Positions 47,097-59,832 of a stretch of DNA of 64,000 bases are shown here, one piece after another (within the stretch, counting starts at the first letter, position 1; every line of letters begins with the position of its first letter). The DNA is taken from positions 121,391 through 185,390 of IMG/VR virus record IMGVR_UViG_3300021400_000138; one strand, 5' to 3'. Below the pieces are notes generated by a model, which saw only the letters and a program-made list of their open reading frames with translations, was not told where the DNA came from and did not search any database. Source of the stretch: a virus. Taxonomy: Duplodnaviria > Caudoviricetes. The translations under genes were made by a program, and so were the position numbers.

Positions 47097-47714
47097 TCAT
47101 TCAGCAATAATACTTCTAAAATCTGTTCCAAAAACATCATCGATCATTTTGATCTTTTTCAGACTATCAAAAGTACCATCTTCAATTTTCTCCGCAACTT
47201 TTACCTGTAAAGTTTTTGCAAGACCTCGCGGAAGTTTTCTGAGCGCATCTTCGAACACATTCTGTGGAAGATTAAGAACCTCATCTACGTCTTCATTAAA
47301 AACTTCATCATCATAGAACTTAGAAACATCCGCCCAGCGTGGATTTTCAAGAAGTTCTTCGTCTTCAATGATAAAATGTGGCGCATAAATATAATTAGAA
47401 TGTCTACTCTTCAAAGCAAACAAATCCTGATATTCAATTTCACACTCGTCGCCAAAGTTTTCGAAGACATAATATTGCCCAGATTTACCAGAAACTCCAA
47501 GCCAACCAGCAGTAACCGAACGACACAAGATCAGATCATTCTGATTAAATTGTCTTGGTTCTTTTTTAATTTCTACCTTTGGCTCTTCCTTAACAACAGG
47601 AGTAGATTCTTCAACCTTCTTTGATTCCTCAACCTTCTTTTCAACTTTTGCGGTTTCTGTCTTTACAGATTTTGCGGCAGTAGTAGTTTTCTTTCTTGTT
47701 GTAGTTGTTGCCAT
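47097..47714 (-). CDS. Conserved hypothetical protein following the major capsid gene
   Basis: ORF track, RBS AAGGAG. Confidence 0.75.
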   Translation of the reverse strand: MATTTTRKKTTTAAKSVKTETAKVEKKVEESKKVEESTPVVKEEPKVEIKKEPRQFNQNDLILCRSVTAGWLGVSGKSGQYYVFENFGDECEIEYQDLFALKSRHSNYIYAPHFIIEDEELLENPRWADVSKFYDDEVFNEDVDEVLNLPQNVFEDALRKLPRGLAKTLQVKVAEKIEDGTFDSLKKIKMIDDVFGTDFRSIIAE

Positions 47715-47738
47715 ATCCTTTTGCTCCTTTTATATAAA

Positions 47739-48854
47739 TTACTGTGTGATATTCCAGGTACCAAAATATCTACCAATAAGTGTGCTAACGCCAAGCTTGG
47801 TAAGATACTTAACTTCATAAGTCATATCCTGGTTAACAGTATTATCAGTAACTTCTTTAATCATTGCATCGCCTTCATAAACAAGTTTAACAAACTTATT
47901 ATCAACAACAGGCATAATAAGGATGACATCCTGGCCAAGTGCGTTCTTTACAAGCTTGTTTGTAGTATCATTCTTCGCAAATACCTGTGGGATCTCTACA
48001 ACTCTTGTTCCTTCAAATACTCCAACATGTCCAAGGTTTCTATGATCGGTTCTGTCTTCCTTTGCAATCCAATTTACATCTGCAAGATTTTTAAGCTTTG
48101 CAAGAGCAGACTTTACACCCATAATAATAACTTCTGCGCCACGGTTTGCAGCCTGGACATCCTCGACCATCGTTACAAATGTATCATGAGCAGCAGCATC
48201 AAGAGCAGCTGTTTTGTAGAACTGAGGGGATCCAGGAAGAACCTGAGAACCAGCAGAAATAACAGCCTTGAATACAAGTTCATTTACATAAGCATCCATA
48301 GCTTCATAAATAGCATTGACAAGTCTAGTCCAATCTGCACGACCAGTCATAACACGTTCAAACTCTTCATAAACGCCAAGACCAACCCAATAGGTCGGAA
48401 CACGGAATGTTTCACCAACGCCGAGGCGCTGCCTGTCAATATCCCAATGATCGCCAGAAAGTTTACCTACTGTAAGAACAGTCTGATCTTCAGTTTCAAA
48501 CTCATTAGCATCACCAAGTGCAAGATTCTTTACTTCAACGAAATCATTAAAGAACTCATTATCGGTCCATCCGGATGTAAGCATATTATCAACTGTATCC
48601 TCGATAACTTCGAAGATCTCATTTTTATGACGATTGATTGCTCTACGAATTTCTTTCTTAGAAGCGGTCTCGTCAATACCCATAATAAGACGGAATTTTT
48701 CTTTGATCATTTCATCAGCATCAGCTTTAGTAATCCCGCTCTGGAAAACTCCTCTGTTATAGTCAGCAAGAAGCTGAGAGAAGTTCATATATGCAGATTC
48801 ATCATTATCAAACGCAGCCTAAGTAGTTGCAGCAAAATTCATAAATTTACCCAT
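47739..48854 (-). CDS. Major capsid protein, 371 aa; single TAG at codon 12
   Basis: RBS AAAGGAGGG before ATG at 48854 (MGKFMNFAATT(Q)AAFDNDESAYMNFSQ...). Motifs FEVIEDTVD...FVEVKNLALGD...IDRQRL. Follows the protease and decoration genes. Confidence 0.85.
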
Positions 48855-48872
48855 ATCATTTCCCTCCTTTCA

Positions 48873-49427
48873 TTAACCATTCTTGCGAACAAGGATCTTA
48901 TAGAATTTTCCATTTGTTCTATTAATTACATCAACAATTTCTCCATAGAAAGCCGTAGACGCTGCGGGTTTTGCGGCCTGAGCCTTAAGATCATAACCAT
49001 CAGCAACAATATACTGACCCTTTGCCAGATCTGTTTCAACAGCAGGACTTCCAGAAGAAATCTTTGTAATACCATTCTCAGAAACAGTAAATTTATCTCC
49101 CGCCATGAGATCATATACTCTCATAATCTCACCAGTACCATTATAGAAATTATATTCGTAAGTAGCAGCCTTGGGCCTCTCATCTGCTCCAATCGGCACA
49201 CTAAGAATAAGTCCAACTCTAGAAGTAGAAGTTGGCTGTACCATTGTGAAATACTCGTTATCAACCCAAGCCATGTCATCGAGGTTTACAACTTTACCGT
49301 TGTCGATATTAGCACCAGCTCTGACGTTAAAAATATGCTTCGCATCATATGTTGCCTGAATATTAGTGCTTTCAGCAACAACATGCTTGTTCACAGCCTG
49401 TAAAAATGCATTAATCATAGCTTTCAT
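48873..49427 (-). CDS. Putative capsid decoration/cement protein
   Basis: Lies between protease and capsid genes. NIDNG...YNFYN...RVYDL..GDKFTVS pattern. Confidence 0.65.
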   Translation of the reverse strand: MKAMINAFLQAVNKHVVAESTNIQATYDAKHIFNVRAGANIDNGKVVNLDDMAWVDNEYFTMVQPTSTSRVGLILSVPIGADERPKAATYEYNFYNGTGEIMRVYDLMAGDKFTVSENGITKISSGSPAVETDLAKGQYIVADGYDLKAQAAKPAASTAFYGEIVDVINRTNGKFYKILVRKNG

Positions 49428-49448
49428 TTCTCCTTTCTTAATTTTGAA

Positions 49449-49478
49449 TAAAAAAATAAGTCGGGATAATTCCCGACT
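49449..49478 (-). terminator. Intrinsic terminator
   Basis: AGTCGGGA-ATTA-TCCCGACT followed by TATTTTTTT. Confidence 0.6.
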
Positions 49479-49493
49479 AAGTTTATTAATATA

Positions 49494-51290
49494 TTACTTT
49501 TTGTTTTTAAAGTTTTTAAAAAGACCACCATAAGGAAGTCTTTCTTCTTCTTTATTATCGCCAGAAGTCATAAACACCATACTACGTTTCTTTGGTTCTT
49601 CTTTAGAAGCGAAGGTACTATAGTTGGATTTCATAAACTTGGCGTAAATAAGATCGGCTTTATTAGTAAGATCCTCTACAGAATATTCATCCATATGAGA
49701 TCTAAGTTCTTTGAATTCTTCAAAATCTGCCATTACAGAATAATCCTCAGATGCAAGAACAGCTTCCCGAGAAAAGTGAAGTTCTTTTTCTTTATAAGAA
49801 CTAAGTTCGGATTCAATAGAAGAGTAGTTAGACTTCATCTGATCAAGTTTATTAATCTCATCCTGTGTAAGATATTGTGCGAACACTTGTACGCGATCTC
49901 CTTTAAGAGAATATACGTCTTTCTTAACAGAATATTCCTGGCGATAATGTTTATCCATCCAATAATCATGCATTACGCAATATTTACCGTCATCTTCATA
50001 CACATCACAGAAATACCACGTATTATCTGATTCAGAATACGTATCATTTACAAGCGTTGTAACCGCATTAATTTTATCTGCCAGACTAACAGAGAATTCT
50101 TTTTTTATTCCATCAACTGTCACGGAATAATCAAGGCTATTCTCAACTCTGGTACCCGTAGAATCTTCATCTTCAATAGCAGAAGTAGATTGATGCTCTT
50201 CAGTTTCTTCCTCTTCTTCAGGATCCGTAGTAGGTTCTGGATCAGTACCATCTCCATCTCCGCCTTCTAGATCATCATCTGCAAAATCTTCAACCACTTC
50301 AGGAGTTTCAGCAGTTTCGTCAGCAACTTCTTTTTCAGAAGTCTCTGTCTCCACTACTGGAGTTTCCTCTTCAGTGGTTTCAACATTAACTTCTTCAGAT
50401 TCAGATTCATTAATCTTAATCTCTTCAGTTTCCTCAAATTCAACTTTTACGTTTTCATTGTCCACTGGATTTTCCTCCTTTCCTGTAGTTTTATCTTCAG
50501 CAGAAAAATCTGCCTTTATATAATCGATCCGAGATAATACCTCGGAGATTATTTCTTCTTTGAAGTCTTTCATATTAAATACAAAAGAATTATTTTCTGC
50601 GCTAAAATCAGAGATGGTAATATTAGAGCCTTCCATTCCTGGCTCTATTTTTTGATGGCGCTCGTCAGTAGTTACACCAAGAATTGTAACCCCTAAAAAA
50701 TGGAACTAATCAATATTTAATATTTTAGTATCAACCGAATAGCTTAAAGAATCGACCGCTATTTCAATACTGACATCGCACTGTCCTTTATCTCTAAGAA
50801 TTTCAGCAGCGTGCGTATAATCTTCATAAATATAGCCGTTAACCTCAAGATAATCTTTGTCATGTTCATTGTTGTGAACAATCTTAGGATTACAAGATTC
50901 TGGGATTACTCCTACAACTTTTTCTTTATATTCAATGTTTCCGTCTTCATCAAATTCCATTTCATGTCCAGCAAAATCGTAATGAGAATTTCCATCACCA
51001 TCATCTATTTTTTGAATGTAACCAAGAATTGGCCTATTACTAAAGCTTGGTATAGCCTCATTCATTGCTTTACGAGAAATGGAAGATTTATTCCTATTTT
51101 CCAAAAGATGGCAACTCATAAGATGCACTGGCAATAAGTTATATGCTGGATCATAATCATCAGAAAAACTAATAACCTCTGGAATCTGTACTACAATAGT
51201 TGAATTAGACTCTTTTGAATTAAATACACATGTCTGATTTTGTTTGTTATAAAATTCATATAAATCATCTAAAGTAAACATCTTATGCAA
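49494..51290 (-). CDS. Prohead protease-scaffold fusion, about 598 aa; TAG=Gln
   Basis: ENRNKS...NRPILG..HE...SIEI...(Q)FHFLGVTILG..EPGMEGS, then an acidic linker and coiled-coil C terminus. One TAG at 50706-50708. Confidence 0.8.
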
Positions 51291-51325
51291 TGTTATCACC
51301 TCCTTTGATATTTTTATATTTCAAA

Positions 51326-51358
51326 AAATAAAAGAGCGGTAATAATATACCGCTCTTT
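51326..51358 (-). terminator. Intrinsic terminator (GAGCGG family)
   Basis: AAAGAGCGGTA...TACCGCTCTTT followed by a T tract. Confidence 0.6.
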
Positions 51359-51454
51359 ATAATATATAACATTGTTTTTAGTCGGGATTTAGATTATATT
51401 CTACGTACATATGACTATCCGCTTTACTATATTTATATTGTGCAAGAGGTATAT

Positions 51455-51688
51455 TTACATTTCATTTAAGTGCAAAAACAAATGTGGATACTTAGCTATT
51501 AAGTCATTCCGTACAATAACATTTTGCACCTCATTTTGATATTGCTCATAACACATCTGACGTTTTAATTGTTCTATTTTGTTATCCAGTTGTTTAATCT
51601 CATTTTCTATTATTGTTTTTTTAAAATTCATGTCTTTTTTAGAATTTTCATTAGCTTTCATAATATCTTTATTTGCATTTATAGACAT
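51455..51688 (-). CDS. Hypothetical coiled-coil protein
   Basis: ORF track, RBS AAGGAG. Confidence 0.55.
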   Translation of the reverse strand: MSINANKDIMKANENSKKDMNFKKTIIENEIKQLDNKIEQLKRQMCYEQYQNEVQNVIVRNDLIAKYPHLFLHLNEM

Positions 51689-51882
51689 TTGCCATGTCTC
51701 CTTCCAAAATTCATAGTAGTTCTATCAGTTAAGCCTGCTGTCGATGCCTCGTTGAGTTCTTATAGTTTCAGAGTGTTAAGTGCAATAGAAAGGTTCCTTT
51801 CTAATGAATTGGACTGATCCCAATCATCGAACTATGAACGGTCATTTTGATCATATCATTTACGGAACAATTGAAATGAGGA

Positions 51883-54800
51883 TTAATATAAAAAGCTTCT
51901 ATCTTCTCCGGCACCAATTCTTGTAAAATAAACACCAGTGTCATTATACGTAACAATATCAAAGCACTGTTCCGTTATGGTACCTTTTTCCATTGGCCAT
52001 GTACCTGAAATTGTTCCAAGCTGGCCGTAAGCATCGCACTGTGTACTAAATGCAAGCATTCCATTCCCGATATTTGTTGCGCTTGGATCTTCTCCAACTA
52101 ATTCGCCATTTTCGTTAATGCTAAACTTAATGGCCTGATCTACGTGCCAATGCCCATTCGCAAAAATGATTGCCCCAACGTCAGGACAATTAGTAAAATC
52201 AAAATTCATAGGATTTGTTCCAAAATAAACACCTCGATCTGGCGGAGTATATGTAAATGCAGATTTCTTTCTTCTGGCTGTTAAAAGTTTAATTGGAATT
52301 TCACAAGAATTCGAATTATTATATGGAGCAAAGTTGTATGGATCTATTACTTGATGTGCAACACACACTATATCATAGCCTTCTGGAACCGTTGACAAAG
52401 CCCTGTAAAGCCATGGAACATTTAATAACAATTCACCATATGCATAGGTATTTGTATATGTCTTAACGATTCCGTTATTCTTAGTTCCAGAGTAAACAGA
52501 AATATACCTTACCTTTTCAATCTCATCATCATACCAAAAATGATATCTATTATAGAAAAGCATTTCCCTTCTATCTGCAGCATCACTTATAGTCGGAATT
52601 AAATAGTTTTCCGTATCGAAGACAGCTGTTCCTTCAAGATATTTGAAGCAACTTTTGTATGCTTCTTCATATGGAATCATATACTGTTCATAAGCGTCTT
52701 CGAGATCCATACTGAGTTGATCTATATTACCTGTGTTCATGTCATGATTTCCATGACAGTAAATAAAATCTGTTCCAAAGGCAGAAACCATCTCATTTAC
52801 ATACAACTTCTCCCACATGTTTGCAATATATTTATTTTCGGCGCGATTAATCAAATCTCCACCAAATACAACTTTTCTAATGCCGGTTCTTTTTCTAATA
52901 TATCCGATAAGAGCTGTAGAATTCTGTGCATTTGTCAAACGACCATCATGTGCCAGCGGGTCCCAGTGAGTATCTGTAATAAATATAAAGTGTTTGCCCT
53001 TTGGAATCGAAGCAATTTTCCCTTCCAGATATTGATCAGCATCATAATTAGATGGATTTTCCGTAAGTGCAAAATAATACTCCGGAATCTGCTTTTTATA
53101 AAGAAAAGCATCTCTTGACATGACATCTATCTGCGTTTCCACAAGAGCAGTCGTATTTATTTTGTTTGACCACTTGACACCAGATTTTATCTGATCTTCA
53201 TATAATACACCATATATATGATATCTAATATCAACCCTACCGCCTGTTGTCGCAGACCCACTTGCGTATAATCCATAAAATTCTAGCCTAGTATAATTGT
53301 TTCCGTCATTAGAAACATAATCAAGCAAATCTATTATTCCATCTTCAGGAATATTTTCTGGTAAAATCTTTATAATGGCTTTATTACTTCCATTATTTGC
53401 ATAGAAGTTTAGATAGTCATTATAGTTATCACTTTCAGGTATCGTCCTTGCAGCAGTTTTTATAAGCAAGTATGGGTGCCTTGTAAAATCAACATGAATC
53501 GTATATGGCTCCTAATCTGGAGAAATATTGAACTGAGTATATTTAGCACTCGGATTTACTGTTGCGCCTGCTGGTGCGTCTAAATATATGTATCCAATTT
53601 CTAAAAATTTTTCATCAGGATGATACTTTAATGCCCGAGTATTATCATCATAATCTGCATTTTTGAAACCTTCGGATAATAAAGTTTCTTCAGTAATTTC
53701 TGAAATATCATCATTGATACTGGAAATATATTTCCCAACTGCAAAAGCATCTGCGGGTGTATTTTTTAATGAAAGGGTGTCATCGGTGTATTTAAACACT
53801 AACAGATTCGAAGCATTTTCAATGCTTTGTTTTGATACAGAATCTTTTCTGATGCATATCCGATACTTGTATTCTTTTGACAATTCAAAAAAGTCAACCT
53901 CATCATAAAAATTGGTTCCAGCAGCAACACTTGTTGGTTTTGAAAATTCTACACCATCCCACTGACCTACATATTTTTTATCAGCATCATACGCATATAT
54001 TCTGCAATAGTAACCATTTACAGGTTTGACTTTATAGATATTTTCAAGATATTCACTTCTAAGCCAAGCAATTGAAGCAGCTATGCCGCCAGTCGCAGTA
54101 TTAATGTATCCAACACTCCAGATTAAAGGATCTTTGAACTCAAACTTAATATCATTTTTTATTTGATCTACATATTCTTTATTAAACCCTATTGCAAACT
54201 CACTCCACTGCGTCCAGCTGTTTTCTACGGTAGTCCTGATAAATGTTCTTCCTCCATCTAATCCAATAAATATCTGAACGGTTCCCATATCTCCGGTAGC
54301 CCCTATTACAGTTAATCGCCCCGCTCTACTTATTGGCATATTTTCTATCGTTTTTGATACACTAATGTTTGCGACCCTATAATTTCCCGGCGTTGTATAT
54401 ACATTCAAATTACTATTCTCTGGGATTAAAGTGCTAGTACTGCCAAACAAGCCAAGGTGTTTTGCTTTCACATCATTTATTGAACTATCAACATAATTCT
54501 TATCAAATCCTTGTGCTATTATATTCCATTCATACCACGAAGTGCCGCTATATCTTCTGTGATATATGTTTCCGTTGGTTGCAACATATACCTATAATTG
54601 TACTGAACCTCCCGTCAGACCAAATACTAACAATCTTCCCGCACGATTTATAGGCAAATTTTCTATTGTTCCTGCTATAGACGTATTTGCCACTTTATAG
54701 CTCCCAATTGTTGTGTAGGTGTCAACATTCCCGTTTTCAGGAATAGCCTCCGAATATGCTCCGGTTACAAGCACAGATTTTTTCCCATTTTCACTTAAAT

Positions 54801-55713
54801 CATCTTTTAAATTATCTACTTCGCCCATAACCTTAACAGCCGTAACATCGTTTTCCGTCCAAGCTCCAGCAGCATGATCTGATTTAAACTTATATAACAC
54901 ACCACCATTAACAACATAATCCCCAGTCGAATATGCAGTTAAATCATCAAATCTCGGTGCAAAAGATTCACTTAATCCATTCACATTACTTTCAACAGAA
55001 GTTTCAAATTGCACCATTTCTTGTTGTGTTGGTATCTCAATTGTATCATTATCATTAGGATTAATCCAAAGCCTATTATCAGATCCAGATGGTTGAGTGG
55101 TACTAACATTAATCAAATTATTCAAGCTATCGCCAACAACCTTGGCATCAGCCGCAGAATTCTCAACAGTCAACGTTTTATCTGTATTAACGGCGGCAGC
55201 ATTATATACTCCGCCACTTGCCCAAGCAGTTCCATTATAATAATACCAATTACCAGCCGTATAACCAGTTTCTTCTCCCTAATATACATAGACCTTATCA
55301 ATGTTCGTCATATCCGCAGCAGTATTAGCGATTAGCGGGGAACCGACAGCAGAAATAGTATTGTTAACTCTCATTTCAAGTTCATTAAGATCTCCTGAAA
55401 TTTCACTTAATGCAGCATGTACTCCTCCGCTAGTTACGGCATTTTCACTTCCCCCTTTTGGAGAACTATCAAATTCGACTTGTTTAGTACCATTACCGAA
55501 CAATTCCCAATTTCCATTTTTATAATAATATTCATTATAATGATTATTACCCGAACCCTCATTAATTGGCACCAAATATAATCTATTAGGAACCGGATTT
55601 GATACAATTGGTAATCCAGTTACGGAACTATATTCGCTACTTGAACAGATATGATAATCTGCCGCGCCCCCAGAAGTTTTAGAACGGGCCATTCCGATTG
55701 TAAATAAATCCAT
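51883..55713 (-). CDS. Large virion-associated protein, 1,276 aa: fibre/knob-like repeats plus C-terminal calcineurin-like metallophosphoesterase; TAG=Gln
   Basis: Four ORFs in one frame joined by TAG. Motifs FITDTH, GGDL, GNHD, GHWH. Duplicated knob-like unit in which TAG aligns with Q. Confidence 0.75.
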
Positions 55714-55734
55714 ATATAATCATACCTCCTTTTA

Positions 55735-55968
55735 TCATATCCATTCAATCCACTGGTTTTGAGAATTTAACAAAAATATATTTCCAGATCCTATAGACAA
55801 CGCACGACTTCCAATTCCGCACGGGCGACAGGAGATAATATCTTGACCCTGTTGAATTCCAGCGGCTACACTAGTTGGAAGACTGGCAACATCAGAATCT
55901 GAATCCATTAAAAAAGTCATCTGTCTGCGAGATCCAACTGGAGCAGACTCGTCAATCCAATAAGCCAT
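55735..55968 (-). CDS. Small hypothetical protein
   Basis: ORF track, RBS AGGAGG. Confidence 0.7.
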   Translation of the reverse strand: MAYWIDESAPVGSRRQMTFLMDSDSDVASLPTSVAAGIQQGQDIISCRPCGIGSRALSIGSGNIFLLNSQNQWIEWI

Positions 55969-55980
55969 TGCTATTCCTCC

Positions 55981-56163
55981 TTAAAAAGTTAATATATCTG
56001 TATACAATACATTTTTATTATCTTTAGTAAACTGCATTTTACTTGGATCATTTATAAATACCCATTTTGAATTCTCCATGGCAAGTTCTTGAAAACCCGC
56101 TTTTCTGAGATACTCAGCAGTTTCTTTGTCAGATGTTTTTATAAAGTAATTTTTCTTTTCCAT
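55981..56163 (-). CDS. Small conserved protein after portal (FIKTSDKETAEYL)
   Basis: ORF track. ATG at 56163 follows AGGA. Confidence 0.65.
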   Translation of the reverse strand: MEKKNYFIKTSDKETAEYLRKAGFQELAMENSKWVFINDPSKMQFTKDNKNVLYTDILTF

Positions 56164-56180
56164 AAAATCATTCCTAATCA

Positions 56181-57827
56181 TTAAACATTTTCATCTGTAA
56201 TGTTTCTGGTTCTCTCAGCACTGCCAGATATTTCATCATCACTTACACGGTTTCTACCTGGAGTACTTTTATCATTACCAGTTGATCTACGAGTAGCAGT
56301 AGTATCTCCCCATGCAGTGTTGTAACTTGATAACAAAGGAATCATAATATCTTTAATACCTATTGCATTTTCGAATAATATCTAGCAATATGCCTCATAG
56401 GGCGTATATCCTTGAGATTCCAAAAATACCATGGCGCTCGATCCAAGTGTTGCCGCCTATCTTGTAGCTTCAATAAAACTTTCTTCATTATATTGCGTTT
56501 GTCTTAATACGCTAAAAATGTAGTTATCACTTATATTTTTATCTATATAATATTGGAAATTAGCTTCCAATCGCTCTACCAATAAAAAAGAAAAAGCTGC
56601 ATCATTAGCAATTGAATTTTTAATTCCAGCGGCAGAATTAGCGTCTCCAGATGAAACGACAACTTCAGATACACCTACAGTCTTATACAAATTCTTTATG
56701 GACTGACTTACTATATCAGCCGAATCCGCCGTGGTATCTTTATCCCATGTAATTTCAGAATCGATCATACCTGGCAAAACACCAACGCCTACCAATGGCG
56801 GAGCTATTTGCTCTATAGCATCTTTATAAGCATTGGCTATTTCAAGAGACACGGCAAAATCGTCTACAACTCCATTACTGCTATCTAAAAGCGGTACTTT
56901 CAAAAGAAGCAACGCCCAGTTATTTAATTCCTGGCGATCAGCAATTAAATCTTGATAATCAAGAACTTCTAACAGATTTGTAAATATTCCAGTCATAAAA
57001 GGCAGCGGTGTTTGAAATTCATCATCCTGCATACCACAAATCAAAGTGATCGTTTTTTCAGGCGGTACAATAAACCATCTTGCTGCTTGTTTGTCAGAAG
57101 CATTCTAGTAATCGCGCCATGCCTTCTACCATGGTTCATCCCAGCATCCTGACGTATCGCCATTTATGCCCTCAACAAAAATAATATTTTGACCAATAGA
57201 AAAATAAGTTAAGTCAAAAGCAATAACCCACGTACCCGCTTCAGTCTTTCCTTGAATTCGACAATATTCTAATGGTAACATGTGCAAAAACATACCTTCT
57301 TCCCCAAAGTCATATACATAACTAAAGAAAGCACCATCTCTAATAGCGATAGCAATAGCAGTAGAAAATTCAGATTTAATATTAAATCTCTAGATATGCC
57401 TTAACACATTCTCATATTCATTAGTTATTTTTTCGACATCAGGCTTTTCAGTAAATTTCATTTTTTGAGTAATATTATAATTATATAGAGGTAAAGTGGC
57501 ATAGTATAATATAATTTTCCTATATAGTGTCGAAACCCTCCATAAAAATTTAGATACGCCAACTAGTTGCATTCGAAAATTTCCAGGATTCGCAAGGTAC
57601 TATTTCACCAATGATTTAGTATATTGAATATACGTCTATCCATTATTACGCTTAACATCCTGCAAAATTAATTCTTTAAGTTTCTCTGTTTTTTTAAAAT
57701 CTAATGCTGTCGGTCTATTCACAACTTCCTGTTCCTAATTTTTTTTCTTTGAAACAAGCTGTTGTGACATAAGACCTTCGCGATTATCAGTAAGCGCCTC
57801 CTGCGCTTTGTTTGATTTTCTGGGCAT
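56181..57827 (-). CDS. Portal protein, 548 aa; TAG=Gln
   Basis: RBS AAGGAGG, ATG at 57827, directly after terL. ORFs 57390-57572 and 56457-57044 are in frame. C-terminal PLLSSYNT...GRN. Confidence 0.8.
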
Positions 57828-57843
57828 GAAGCGCCTCCTTTCT

Positions 57844-59832
57844 TTAGTTGTTATATATTGACGAACGACGAGGTGGAGTGATGGAGATGTAGCGAAGAAG
57901 ATCAGTCGAAGACTGCTTGGGTTTTAACTTCAATTCCAATTGACATGCACACCAATAATTATAAGCAATGGAAGAATATCTATCCTTACGCATACCAGAT
58001 TGTTCTTTCACCTTTATATTTCCATTCTTTACCTCATGATCCAATTTAATTAGTTCATACTCGGCCATAGTTGTTTGTAAATACGGCATTTTAATATATG
58101 CCTGGTCTGATGGGGAGAGTTTAGAATAGGTTTTATATGATTTTACCAATTCCTCTTCACATTCTTGTTCTGAAATAAGAAAGCTAATTCTACCATTCTA
58201 TATTCCATTTCTAAGCAACACACATATTTCGTTATTGAAAGTTGCACCAGCTTTTACTGACCAAACAACTTTATTTGCATCTTTAACTTTACATCTAATA
58301 GCCATGTCTTCATCATTAATGCACGTTAATGCTTTATATGTTTTCCCTGTCGAAGAATCATATTGATCCTTACAAATAAAATCGAAAATTCCAATTCCTA
58401 GTCCGCCTGTATCAACCACTAAGTCAGTACATTTGTATTCATAGAAATAACGCATAACAATAATCCCAAGTTCGTCAGTTGTTAACCCTTCAAATGTTTC
58501 TCCATATACTACATTTGAATGATAACTTACATCATCCTATTGAATTGCGCTATTAATATATAAAGCAGCCGCGTCATTTTTCTTTTTCTTCGTAGATCCC
58601 ATAAGGGCTACGTCCACCGACAAAATGCGCTTCTCTGTTGGCTATACAACAGGAAGCTTAATTTTATCATTATAAAATTTTAATGGTAATAATGCATTTT
58701 TTATTCTTCTTCGTTTATTAATTTCATCAAATTTAAATAGATTATCTCCATCATCACCTATCCACAAACATTCCATTTCCATCATAAAAGCAAGTTCGCT
58801 AAAATCGGCCTCGGATTTTTCATCGATGACCTATTCTCTAGAAAGCAAGCCTTCTTTAATTGATAGCTGATATGGTAGTCCACAAACAAAGTACTTCTTT
58901 GTATCATCAAAGAAATTAACAACATAAGCTTGAAGCTTTTTCCAAGCCCAGGAACTTTTAAAATATGCGCTGGACATATATATTTCTTTATTACGCTCTT
59001 GCAAATGTGCATATTCCGGTTTATTTAAATAACCAGGTTGTCTTGGACTGGTTAAGAATTTTCTAATAACAAGGTTAAGAATGGTCTCATCAACCATACG
59101 GAATTCATCAACTCATTTTGTTACCTTAGAAGCTTTTTATCTTCTAATTCTTGAAGTTTCCTACAAGATCAGCATATATTTTCACCTTAATCAGATGCTG
59201 GACGCTCTTGGGAAAATTATCTCATTTCCTATGCGTTACAATATACAATAATGTATTATCTCGGTATTGCCATGCATATGTTTAGGTTTTACCGATTTCG
59301 CCCAGTTTCAATTATATATTGCTATATAATCAAGCAATTAATTTACTATGATGTTTGCTCTTGCACCACGAGCATTATCCGTACTGGTTCTACTTGTAAT
59401 CCATGATCCATTCTTGAACATTATTATTGCATCATTCTATCCAATATTACATTTTTCTATCTCCGTACATAAAATAGGAGACATCTTCATTAATTCATCC
59501 TATATTTTTAGCAAAACCCCATTCGCTTGTTTAAGTGTTCCAGAACATACAACGATTTTACTTCCTGGATATAAAATACATCTTACAACACAGAAGAGAG
59601 CAGTAAGCCAACTCTTAGACATTCCTCTTGCGGCAATAAACATAAAATAATTATAATGCATCATTGCCCATATAAGAATTTTCTAAAACAGCTTTAGATG
59701 TATTCCTAGAAATTCTTCCACGAAACGTTCTGGATTATTTCTGTAATATGCAGCTCTCCAAGCAATAGTCTACATAATTTTCTGTTCTTTGTCCTGAGCA
59801 ATTTCTTGAACAGATTTTTTTCTTTCGCCCAT
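57844..59832 (-). CDS. terL: Terminase large subunit, 585 aa, split by a group I intron; TAG=Gln
   Basis: Walker A AARGMSKS, RGARANIIV|VDE Walker B, nuclease motifs LSVDVA and RKDRYSS. Exons 59832-59345 and 59113-57844. Confidence 0.9.
59114..59344 (-). mobile_element. Group I intron in terL, 231 nt
   Basis: P1 AGU|AA/UUGCU, P7 GCATA/TATGC, ends GTAACAAAATG. Restores NIIVVDEFRM. Confidence 0.9.

Noticed and set aside
47721-49403. 560-aa plus-strand ORF
   Set aside because: It is the in-register antisense shadow of the capsid and decoration genes, which avoid TTA, CTA and TCA codons. It has no RBS and no protein-like motifs.
51740-51840. Possible hammerhead ribozyme (ATAGTT...GAAACTAT)
   Set aside because: No CUGAUGA core in the required position.
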